Positions 48,950 through 57,768 of a DNA stretch of 64,000 bases are shown piece by piece. Made by a program: the position numbers and the translations under genes. Source of the DNA: Patescibacteria group bacterium (GTDB taxonomy: Bacteria; Patescibacteriota; JAHJAL01); assembly GCA_049322675.1 (NCBI GenBank), contig JBMORM010000025.1, positions 520 to 64,519 of the forward strand, written 5' to 3'. How positions within the stretch are numbered: position 1 is the first letter of the stretch; the number at the start of each line of letters is the position of its first letter. The notes beneath the pieces were generated by a model that worked only from the letters and a program-made list of their open reading frames with translations, was not told the origin of the DNA and did not search any database.

Positions 48950-50342
48950 ACATATTTTTTTGGTTGGAATCGGTGGGGTTTCGATGAGCGGAATTGCTCG
49001 GATTTTACGGGGAATGGGGATAAAAGTATCTGGTTCCGATGTAGTAGAGTCGGCGGAGACAAAAAAATTGGAAAAGGAAGGGTTTGATGTATATGTTGGT
49101 CACAAAGAGAGTAATATTTCGACGGATGTTGATTTGGTAGTAGTGTCGGCGGCGATCGATGAAAAAAATTTTGAGGTGGCTAGTGCTCTAAAAAGAGATA
49201 TCCCAGTGTGGCGCCGGCTGCAGTTGATAAATTATTTGGTTGATGAAAAGGTAATGGTGGCGGTGACCGGGATGCATGGAAAAACGACGGTATCGTCGAT
49301 GATTGCCACTATTTGTTTTGAAGCAAAAGAGGATCCAACGATTATGGTTGGTGGAGAAGTTAGAGCGATTTCTTCCAATTCGCGTTATGGCAAGGGTGAG
49401 TTGTGGATATTGGAGGCGTGTGAGTATAAAAGGTCATTTTTGGATTTGAAACCAAATATTGCCGTTGTAACAAATATTGAAGAAGAACATATGGATGTGT
49501 ATCGGGATTTGGATGATATAGTTGATACTTTTGGTTTGTTTGTCAAACAAGTGGATCCGGGAGGATTGGTAGTGGCTTGTACAGATGACAAAAACGTTAG
49601 AAAGGTGATTGGTGGTTCTCAAGCCAATGTGGCTGGTTATGGTTTTGAAGTTCGTCCGAAAAATTTTACCGGGGTATATTGGCAAATAAAAAATTTGGAA
49701 ATACTTGATGGAAAGAGTATGTTTGATCTTTATGTCGATGATGAATATTACGATAATTTTTGTCTTAGTATTCCGGGTAGCTTCAATGTTTTAAATGCAG
49801 TGGCGGCGATTGTGGTAGCTGATTTTTTGGTAATAGATATTAATATGGTCAAGGAATCATTGAAAAATTTTTTGGGCGCAAGAAGAAGAATGGATGTGCT
49901 ATATAATTCAGAAAAAATTACGATTATTGATGATTATGGACATCATCCGACCGAAATTGATAATTTTTTGACAGCGATTAGACAAAAATATAGCAAGAAA
50001 AAGCTTTGGTTGGTGTGGCAACCCCATCAATACAGTCGTACTTGGCAGTTTTTGGATAAGTTTGTAGAGTGTTTTAAGGGAGTGGACAAATTGATTTTGA
50101 CCGAAATATATGAAGCTCGGGATGCGAAGGAGGTTAAAGAGAAGATTGATGGTAAAAAACTTTGTGAAGTGATGTTGAAAGCAAAAATTGATTCTGTCTA
50201 TTTTCCGACTTATGATGAGGTGGTTGCTTATTTGAAGAAAAATTATGTTGAGGGGAGTTTGTTGATTACTTTGGGGGCGGGGCCGGTTAATGAGGTTGCG
50301 GAAAAAGTAAAAAAAATTTTGGTAAAGGAAAAAGCAAGTTGA
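48942..50342 (+). CDS. murC: UDP-MurNAc--L-alanine ligase
   Basis: GIGG..MS, G.HGKTT, EACEY, DDYGHHPTE and QPH..SRT. Confidence 0.95.
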   Translation: MFKHIFLVGIGGVSMSGIARILRGMGIKVSGSDVVESAETKKLEKEGFDVYVGHKESNISTDVDLVVVSAAIDEKNFEVASALKRDIPVWRRLQLINYLVDEKVMVAVTGMHGKTTVSSMIATICFEAKEDPTIMVGGEVRAISSNSRYGKGELWILEACEYKRSFLDLKPNIAVVTNIEEEHMDVYRDLDDIVDTFGLFVKQVDPGGLVVACTDDKNVRKVIGGSQANVAGYGFEVRPKNFTGVYWQIKNLEILDGKSMFDLYVDDEYYDNFCLSIPGSFNVLNAVAAIVVADFLVIDINMVKESLKNFLGARRRMDVLYNSEKITIIDDYGHHPTEIDNFLTAIRQKYSKKKLWLVWQPHQYSRTWQFLDKFVECFKGVDKLILTEIYEARDAKEVKEKIDGKKLCEVMLKAKIDSVYFPTYDEVVAYLKKNYVEGSLLITLGAGPVNEVAEKVKKILVKEKAS

Positions 50343-50378
50343 TAAATAAATAATTGAATTTTTTTGGATATATAAAAT

Positions 50379-51347
50379 ATGACATATTTGCAAGAAAATA
50401 TTAGTTTAGCAAAATATTCTTTTTATCGTACGGGTGGTTTGGCAAGATATTTTCTGGAAATAAATACGGCAGAAGATTTTGAGGAAGCAAAAAAAATTAT
50501 CGGCGATTTAGAGATAAATGATGTGATTGTTTGGGGGGCCGGTTCAAATATTTTGATATCTGATGAGGGTTGGAAGGGATTGGTAATAAAAAATAATTAT
50601 GCCAAATTGGAAAAAATAGCCGATGGGAGTTGGTTGGTCGGTTCCGGATTGGCTTTACCGTTTGTGGCTCGTAAATTGGCGGAAGCGGGTTACCAGGGTT
50701 TGGAAAGGTTGGCAAGTGTTCCGGGGTCGGTCGGTGGCGGCATCAGAGGTAACGCTGAGGCTTGGCGTCAGAATATTTCTGATTGTATTAGAGAAGTGAT
50801 TTGGTTTGATTGGAATGAGGGTGAAAAGATTATCAAAAAAAATGATTGTGGATTTGGTTATCGAACTTCCGTTTTTAAAACAAAAGATGATTATAGTCAC
50901 GGGTTGATCAAAGAGGCAATATTTGATTTTAAAATAGTCGATTTCAAAGATTTGATAAATACTATTGAAACTGACAAGAAAAACCGGCAGAATAATCAAC
51001 CGGATTTGCCGTCATGTGGTTGTTTTTTTAAAAATATTTTATTGGATGAAGAAAATTGGGAAAAAATTGAGAAAAATTTGGGAAAAGAATTTCTGTCGGA
51101 TAGAAAGCTTGGTGATTTGTTTTCGGCGGGTAAGTTGATAGATCAGGCGGGATATAAAGATTTGTGTGTGGGAGGGGCTTGTGTGTCTAAAGTCCATGCC
51201 AATTTTATTGTCAACAAAGAAAAGGCTACCTCGCAAGATATTTATGATTTGCATAAAAAAGTTTATTTGGGAATAAAGGGTAAATTTGGTATTGAGCTTG
51301 AACCTGAGGTACAAATATATGGAAGATTCGCCAAAAATTCAGCGTAG
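50379..51347 (+). CDS. murB: UDP-N-acetylenolpyruvoylglucosamine reductase
   Basis: GSN.L, PGSVGG, FGYRTS.FK, GCFFKN, HANFIVN and LEPEV. Confidence 0.95.
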   Translation: MTYLQENISLAKYSFYRTGGLARYFLEINTAEDFEEAKKIIGDLEINDVIVWGAGSNILISDEGWKGLVIKNNYAKLEKIADGSWLVGSGLALPFVARKLAEAGYQGLERLASVPGSVGGGIRGNAEAWRQNISDCIREVIWFDWNEGEKIIKKNDCGFGYRTSVFKTKDDYSHGLIKEAIFDFKIVDFKDLINTIETDKKNRQNNQPDLPSCGCFFKNILLDEENWEKIEKNLGKEFLSDRKLGDLFSAGKLIDQAGYKDLCVGGACVSKVHANFIVNKEKATSQDIYDLHKKVYLGIKGKFGIELEPEVQIYGRFAKNSA

Positions 51348-52116
51348 GGTTAGAAGACAATATGACCCAAATGTGGTGGTGATGCCTCCGGCCAAGGGTG
51401 GTTGGTGGAGGATGTTGGTTATTTTTTTGATTGTAGTTTTGTTGTTTGGCGGAGCGGTTTATATGTTGTTTTTTTCTGATTATTTCAAGATTAAAGATGT
51501 GCAAATAACTGGTGACACGAAACAGGAAATTGTTGATGGAATAAAGGAAATGTTGAAATGGGATACGGAGTATATGATTATGTTCAATGAACAACAGTTT
51601 GGAGATAGTGTTTTGAAGCGTTGGGATGATCTGGCCGAGGTGAAGGTGGAAAAAGATTGGCCAGCGAATTTAAAAATCGAATTGACGGAAGAAGTGCCGG
51701 TATTGATTTGGAATAGCGAGGGTAAGTTGTTTTTGGTGGACAAAACTGGGGTGGTTATGAAGCAGATTGATGAAAAGGAAAGGTTGGAATTGTATAATTT
51801 GTTGCCGGTTGTGGGCGATCTTTCCGGATTGCCGGTTGAGGAGAATAAAAAAATTGTTAGTCGAAGTTTTATTTCTTTTATTGATGAAGTAAAAAAAGGT
51901 ATCAATGAATCAATAAAGAAAGAAATCGAAGCTTTCGAGATTAAAGAAACAACTTTTACTTTACGAGTACGGATGAAAGAAGGGTATGAAGTGTATTTTG
52001 ATACTTTACGTGATCCACAGACTCAAATAGTAAAATTGAATAGTTTTTTGAAAAATCAAATATTGGTTGATGATTATATAGATTTGAGGGTCAATGGAAA
52101 AGTTTATTATAAGTAG
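51319..52116 (+). CDS. ftsQ: FtsQ/DivIB-like POTRA protein
   Basis: TM, POTRA (F.IK.V.ITG..WP..L.I...E), C-terminal YIDLR. Confidence 0.8.
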   Translation: MEDSPKIQRRVRRQYDPNVVVMPPAKGGWWRMLVIFLIVVLLFGGAVYMLFFSDYFKIKDVQITGDTKQEIVDGIKEMLKWDTEYMIMFNEQQFGDSVLKRWDDLAEVKVEKDWPANLKIELTEEVPVLIWNSEGKLFLVDKTGVVMKQIDEKERLELYNLLPVVGDLSGLPVEENKKIVSRSFISFIDEVKKGINESIKKEIEAFEIKETTFTLRVRMKEGYEVYFDTLRDPQTQIVKLNSFLKNQILVDDYIDLRVNGKVYYK

Positions 52117-52151
52117 ATTTTCAATCGTGGTTGAATAGGCGGAGATTTAAT

Positions 52152-53834
52152 ATGAAAAGTGAATATATTTGGGAAACGAGTGGATTGGTGTCTAATTTGG
52201 ATGAATTTCGGCGCTTGATCGTAAAAAAAAGATTGAGGGGAAATCAAAGTGATGCGGATTTTTTGAATCCGAGGTTTGATTTTGCCGATCCGTTTTTATT
52301 GACTGATATGCAAAAAGCCGTTAATCGAATTGCGAAAGCTATTGAAAATCGGGAGAAAGTATTGATATATGGTGATTATGATGCAGATGGGGTGACGAGT
52401 TTAGCGTTGTTGTATGAGTTATTGAATTATTTTGGTATTGAGCCACAAGTTTATATACCTGATCGAATGACGGAGGGTTATGGTATTAAATATTCGGTTT
52501 TAAAGAGGTTTTTTGATGAAGGGATTAGTTTAGTAATTACTGTTGATTGTGGTATCAGGGAGGTAGAAGTTTCCAAAAAAATATTATCGTTGGGTTTGGA
52601 CATGATCGTGACAGATCATCATGAATTGGGAGCAAAGATTCCCGAGGCGGTGGCGATAGTAAATCCCAAGCGTCCAAATAGCAAATATCCGGAAAAAGAG
52701 TTGGCGGGTGTGGGGGTAGTGTATGCTTTAGCCCGGGCACTGATGGATTATATGAAAGTGGAGAAGATGGAAAAAGAAAAGTTTTTGAAGTGGAATTTGG
52801 ATTTGGTGGCGGTTGGGACGGTGGCTGACATGGTCCCGTTGTTGGGGGAAAATCGGATTTTAGTAAAATATGGTTTGATAGTATTGGCGAAAAGCAAAAA
52901 AAAGGGCCTGAGAGAGTTAATAAATTTTTCAGGTATTCGAAATAAAACATTGACCAGTTGGGATATCGGTTTTGGTTTGGCACCAAGAATAAATGCGACA
53001 GGTAGAATTGATGATGCCAATCATTCATTTAATCTTTTGATTGAAAAAGAACAATTGGAAGCGGAGATTTTGGCAAAAAGTATTGAGGGCAAAAATCAGG
53101 AACGCAAGCAGTTGACAGAAGAAATTTGGGAGAAGATAAAAAATGAACTTGACGAACAAAATTTGCCGGCTTGTATCATGATGGCAAATGAAGGTTGGTC
53201 GAAGGGGGTCTTGGGATTGATTGCTTCCAAGGCGATTAGATATTATAATCGGCCGGCGATTGTGGCGGCGATCGATGGCGACAAAGTTGTTGGTTCGGCA
53301 CGGAGTATTTTTGGAATCAATGTAGTAAAATTGCTTGACTTGAATTGTGATTTTTTGAGTCAATATGGAGGGCATGAAAAAGCGGCTGGATTGACCTTGG
53401 ATAAAAGCAATTGGGAAAACTTTCGGATCAAGATGAACAATGATATTGAAAAATTATTGGAAAAGGAAGATTTGCGTCCAAAATTGGAAATCGATGCCCA
53501 AATCCGGTTTGATTTGATAGGTGATTCTTTGTGGAATGTAATTGAGTTATTGCATCCATTTGGAATAGCAAATGAGGAACCGTTATTCATGACGAACCGT
53601 TGTGTGGTCAGCAAAACCAGAATGATCGGTAAAAACAATAACCATTTCAAAATGTTTTTCTCTTTGTCGAATGGAGAATCAATCGAGGGAATAATGTGGA
53701 ATAGTCAGGATTTACAACGAGAGGTTGAGAGTGGGGATACAATCGATTTGGTATATAATTTGAGAAAAAACGTTTGGCAAGATCGGGAAAATTATTTGTT
53801 AAATATTATTGATTTTAAGAAAAATGAAGAATAA
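52152..53834 (+). CDS. recJ: ssDNA exonuclease RecJ
   Basis: GDYDADG, TVDCG, DHH, PRINA.GR and GGH..AAG. Confidence 0.96.
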   Translation: MKSEYIWETSGLVSNLDEFRRLIVKKRLRGNQSDADFLNPRFDFADPFLLTDMQKAVNRIAKAIENREKVLIYGDYDADGVTSLALLYELLNYFGIEPQVYIPDRMTEGYGIKYSVLKRFFDEGISLVITVDCGIREVEVSKKILSLGLDMIVTDHHELGAKIPEAVAIVNPKRPNSKYPEKELAGVGVVYALARALMDYMKVEKMEKEKFLKWNLDLVAVGTVADMVPLLGENRILVKYGLIVLAKSKKKGLRELINFSGIRNKTLTSWDIGFGLAPRINATGRIDDANHSFNLLIEKEQLEAEILAKSIEGKNQERKQLTEEIWEKIKNELDEQNLPACIMMANEGWSKGVLGLIASKAIRYYNRPAIVAAIDGDKVVGSARSIFGINVVKLLDLNCDFLSQYGGHEKAAGLTLDKSNWENFRIKMNNDIEKLLEKEDLRPKLEIDAQIRFDLIGDSLWNVIELLHPFGIANEEPLFMTNRCVVSKTRMIGKNNNHFKMFFSLSNGESIEGIMWNSQDLQREVESGDTIDLVYNLRKNVWQDRENYLLNIIDFKKNEE

Positions 53835-55170
53835 GAATACAATGTTTGTTTGTAACAATTGTGGAAATGAATTTTCCCGTTGGTTGGGAAAGTGCGAAAG
53901 TTGTGGCGAGTGGAATACTTTGAAGGAAGTAGCAGCTAAAGATATGGAAGTTGTAAAGGAGATTGAAAAGAGAGGTGAGTATAAAGTTGGCAATCTGGCA
54001 AAATTGTCTGATGCCAATTTTGAGGGCGAAAGGTTTTTGAGCAAAATAGAAGAGTGGGATAGGGTTTTGGGTGGTGGAATGGTGCGAGGAAGTTTGATAT
54101 TGATTGGAGGTGAACCTGGTATTGGAAAGTCAACTTTGATGGTTCAGGTTGCGGATGCGTTGACCAGGGATGGAAAAAAAGTGTTGTATGTTTCCGGTGA
54201 AGAGTCTTTGGCTCAGGTTGGCGGTCGGGCAAAAAGGTTGGGAACAAAAACAGAAGATATTGATTTTTTGGATAGTGTTTGGTTGGAAAATATTGAAAAA
54301 ATTGCAGTTGGAAAAAAATATGGGTTGATGATTATTGATTCGGTGCAAACCTTGGTTAGCTCTCAGTTGGGTGGTAGTTTGGGCTCGATGGCCCAAATCA
54401 GATACTGTGTTGCAAGATTGATGCAACTTGCAAAAAAAGAGAATTTAATTATTTTGTTGGTTGGTCATGTCACTAAAGATGGCGAGGTGGCTGGACCAAG
54501 GGTATTGGAACATTTGGTTGATGTGGTATTGTTTTTTGAAGGTGAACGCACGGAAGAATTGAGAGTATTGCGTGTCTTCAAAAATCGTTTTGGAGCAACG
54601 GATGAAACTGGGGTTTTTGTGATGACGGAAACCGGCTTGAAAAGTGTGGTTGATGTGTCAAAACAATTTTTGAAAGAAAGAAAAACGGGGGTGCCTGGTT
54701 CAGTGGTTTGCGTGGCGATGGAGGGGACGAGACCATTTCTGATCGAAATTCAGGCGATTGTGGACCGTACTCAGTTTGGTAATCCTAGAAGAACGAGCGT
54801 AGGAGTGGATTTGGCACGTTTGTCGATGTTGTTGGCGGTTTTGGGAAAGAGGGCTAAAATAAATATTTATGATAAAGATGTGTATGTCAATGTGGTGGGT
54901 GGTTTTAAATTAAAAGATCGATCAACAGATTTGGGGGTAGTAATGGCAATTTCTTCGGTTGTTTTGGATAAACCAATTTCTCCGGAGGTGGCGGTGTTTG
55001 GAGAGTTGGGTTTGTTGGGTGAGATTAGGCGAGTAAAATCTATGGACAAGAGAATAATGGAGGCAAAAAAAATGGGTTTTCAGAAAATATATGGTCCTTC
55101 GATTGAGAAGAGATATGAAAACTTTTGGCAAGTTGATAATATTGGAAATATTATCGCGGAGATATTTTAA
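53824..55170 (+). CDS. radA: DNA repair protein RadA/Sms
   Basis: Zinc finger, GEPGIGKST, KNRFG and Lon-like C-terminus. Confidence 0.97.
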   Translation: MKNKNTMFVCNNCGNEFSRWLGKCESCGEWNTLKEVAAKDMEVVKEIEKRGEYKVGNLAKLSDANFEGERFLSKIEEWDRVLGGGMVRGSLILIGGEPGIGKSTLMVQVADALTRDGKKVLYVSGEESLAQVGGRAKRLGTKTEDIDFLDSVWLENIEKIAVGKKYGLMIIDSVQTLVSSQLGGSLGSMAQIRYCVARLMQLAKKENLIILLVGHVTKDGEVAGPRVLEHLVDVVLFFEGERTEELRVLRVFKNRFGATDETGVFVMTETGLKSVVDVSKQFLKERKTGVPGSVVCVAMEGTRPFLIEIQAIVDRTQFGNPRRTSVGVDLARLSMLLAVLGKRAKINIYDKDVYVNVVGGFKLKDRSTDLGVVMAISSVVLDKPISPEVAVFGELGLLGEIRRVKSMDKRIMEAKKMGFQKIYGPSIEKRYENFWQVDNIGNIIAEIF

Positions 55171-55180
55171 TTTTTATTGT

Positions 55181-55230
55181 TTTCCCCTTTAAAAAAACCA
55201 CCGTATTTGGTGGTTTTTTTAAAGGGGAAA
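55181..55230. terminator. bidirectional terminator / perfect 22-bp inverted repeat
   Basis: tttcccctttaaaaaaaccacc-gtattt-ggtggtttttttaaaggggaaa between convergent genes. Confidence 0.85.
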
Positions 55231-55241
55231 GTTCTGAATAA

Positions 55242-57392
55242 TTAATAACTGATTCGGACGGTGTTGCTGTAGGTAACTATGCTGCCATTGTAGGCGCCAA
55301 TTCGATAATAATATGAATGGCCGCTTTTGGCGCTGGTATCAACATAGCTTTTACTATCAGAACCAGAAATAAATTTGTAATATTCGTCGGGATAGGTGGG
55401 GGAACTATCAGTTTCGGAACGCATTATTTTGTAACCGCTAATACTGTCTTGATCGTAAATATTCCAGGTCAGCTTGATACCGCCAGTGACAGTATTTGCT
55501 TCCAACTCAAGATCTTCATTGTCGGAATTGTTGTTGCCGGTGAATTCGATTGATCTGGTAGATGTGTATTCCAATATGTCATTACCGTCATATGCGCCGA
55601 TTCGATAATAATACACTTGGCCATTGTTGACTGATGTATCGACATAATCAAGATTATTGGTGCCGGAAATATATGTCAGATAATGATCTGGGTAATTGGG
55701 CGAGCTGTTGGAAGTTGAACGGACGATTTTGTAGCCGATAGCGTCATCATAATCAGTTTTATTCCATGATAGGTGAATGCCGTTATTTTGAGACGAAACA
55801 TCGAGGGTGAATTCGGTTGATGAAGCGGAATCGTTTCCGTTGTGGCTAATGTAGATATAATTGGAATACGAAATTACTGAGCCATTTTTGTAGGCGCCGA
55901 CACGATAGTAATATGATTTGTTGTTGGATACTGATGTGTCAAGATAGTCGGTATTGTTGGCGCCGGAAATATAGACTAAATAGTCATTGGGATAGGTTGG
56001 TTCCGATGATGTTAGAGATCGGACGATTTTGTAGCCATCAATGTTGCTATTGTTGGTTTGGACAGAATATGGATATTGGTCCCAGGTAAGACGAATTCCG
56101 TTGTCTTGGTCGTAGCCTTTTAGTTCAAAGGAAGTCGTAGTTGAGTTATTGGATGAAGGAACGGAAAGATATATCGAATTGGTGTATTCGATGACTCCCG
56201 AATTTGAACTGTATGCTCCAATACGATAATAATAATTGTGTCCGTTGCTTACCGAGGTATCAGTATACGAAAGAGTGTAAGGATCTGATAAATATACCCA
56301 CCAGTCGTTGGGGTAGGTTGGATTACTATTGGTTTCGCTTCGGACAACTTTGTATCCGGAAATAGTATTGGACGCGGTTTGAAGAGTGTTAAGATAATTT
56401 GTCCAATTTAATTTTATTTGGCTATTGTTGACTGAGCCCGATAGAGTGAAGTCGGTAGTGTCAGTATTATTGTTTGAATCTCCATCAACTGATTCACTGG
56501 TGACTTCGATAATCCAAAAAACACCATTTTGACCTATCCAGGTTAGATTTTCTGCGACAGGGGTAAAATATTCGGTATATTTTCCAGGCGTACTAGGAGC
56601 TTGGACATAAAATTCGAAAGTGCCGGATTGACCTGGATAAATGCTATTTTCTTTCAGATTGCAAGCACGATTGGCAGAAAGCCAGGTGTGTTTGAAAAAG
56701 AGAGAGTGGCGATCGCGATTACTATCTGTTCCGAGGTGGATGGGGTTGGTTCCAGAATTGCTCCAGGTGTTTGATCCGGTATTTTTGAATTTGACGGTCA
56801 TTAGTTTTATTTCTCCGGGTGACAAGGAAAATTTTTCTTGGGGTTCTTGTGACTCAAAAGCGGCATGATATCCATTTTGATTATCATAACTTAAATCGGT
56901 CGTATTTTCTGTCTTTTCTCCATTGACAGCAATATCCCAAAATACTCCATAGTCTTCCATCCAGGTTATTCCTTCAACCACCGGTTGAAAATATTCTTTG
57001 TAGGTTTTGGTCGTTTCGGGGGCTTTGATATAGAATTCGAATTTGCCGATTTGTCCGGGTGCAACTGAACTTTCCAATAGTTTGGCGGCGCGATTGTTCG
57101 ACTCCCAGGTGTGTTTGTAAAAATCGGAATTTCTGTCTTGATCGTGGCTAGTACCCAGTCTGACGGGATGATCACCGTAATTGTACCAGGTAGCGGTGCC
57201 GGTATTTTTAAATTTTACCCAAATGGTGGTGATTTCCAAGGGTTGTAAATTGGGATAAGTGCTTTGTTCTACCCATTCGCAGTGGTAACTGCCAGGGTTG
57301 GTATCAACCGTTGATGGTTGTTCCGACATGGCTTGAGCGGTTTGGGTGAGCATAATTACACTTAGTAAAAGCGCAATTAGTTTTCTTTTCAT
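55242..57392 (-). CDS. secreted surface protein with two NBR1-Ig-like domains and four FN3-like repeats
   Basis: Signal peptide; two KNTG..TW..LGT..RA..L..PGQ.G.FEF repeats; four L.W..GYK.VRS..P.YP..DTS..YYYR.GAY repeats. Confidence 0.8.
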   Translation of the reverse strand: MKRKLIALLLSVIMLTQTAQAMSEQPSTVDTNPGSYHCEWVEQSTYPNLQPLEITTIWVKFKNTGTATWYNYGDHPVRLGTSHDQDRNSDFYKHTWESNNRAAKLLESSVAPGQIGKFEFYIKAPETTKTYKEYFQPVVEGITWMEDYGVFWDIAVNGEKTENTTDLSYDNQNGYHAAFESQEPQEKFSLSPGEIKLMTVKFKNTGSNTWSNSGTNPIHLGTDSNRDRHSLFFKHTWLSANRACNLKENSIYPGQSGTFEFYVQAPSTPGKYTEYFTPVAENLTWIGQNGVFWIIEVTSESVDGDSNNNTDTTDFTLSGSVNNSQIKLNWTNYLNTLQTASNTISGYKVVRSETNSNPTYPNDWWVYLSDPYTLSYTDTSVSNGHNYYYRIGAYSSNSGVIEYTNSIYLSVPSSNNSTTTSFELKGYDQDNGIRLTWDQYPYSVQTNNSNIDGYKIVRSLTSSEPTYPNDYLVYISGANNTDYLDTSVSNNKSYYYRVGAYKNGSVISYSNYIYISHNGNDSASSTEFTLDVSSQNNGIHLSWNKTDYDDAIGYKIVRSTSNSSPNYPDHYLTYISGTNNLDYVDTSVNNGQVYYYRIGAYDGNDILEYTSTRSIEFTGNNNSDNEDLELEANTVTGGIKLTWNIYDQDSISGYKIMRSETDSSPTYPDEYYKFISGSDSKSYVDTSAKSGHSYYYRIGAYNGSIVTYSNTVRISY

Positions 57393-57415
57393 GATTCTCC
57401 TTTAATATAATAAAT

Positions 57416-57751
57416 TTATTTGGGATTTTTTTTGGTGTTGGAAATTTCGATTATTTTTTCTGGTTTTGTTTCGGATTTTTCTTCTTGAGGCAAATATTTT
57501 GCTAAGATGTTGGGCGGAGTTAGTTTGATGAGTAGATAAGCGCAGCCGGAGAAAACAGCAGCATCGTCGATTAATCCTAATACAGGGATGTAGTCGGTAA
57601 TAAAATCGAGGGGAAGAATCAGATATAGAATGAAAATTAGAGTTGGAAAAAATTTGGCTCGAAAAGGGACTTCCCAATCAAAATATAGTTTGAATGGCAG
57701 AGCCAAACTTTCGAGAGTTTGAATAAATGGTGGTTTGGGGACTATATTCAT
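57416..57751 (-). CDS. YkvA/DUF1232-family protein
   Basis: YLILPLDFITDYIPVLGLIDD. Confidence 0.88.
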   Translation of the reverse strand: MNIVPKPPFIQTLESLALPFKLYFDWEVPFRAKFFPTLIFILYLILPLDFITDYIPVLGLIDDAAVFSGCAYLLIKLTPPNILAKYLPQEEKSETKPEKIIEISNTKKNPK

Positions 57752-57768
57752 GAGAAGGCATTTAATAA

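Noticed and set aside
55181-55230. 22-bp perfect inverted repeat as a MITE
   Set aside because: No target duplication or second copy; its position between convergent genes fits a bidirectional terminator
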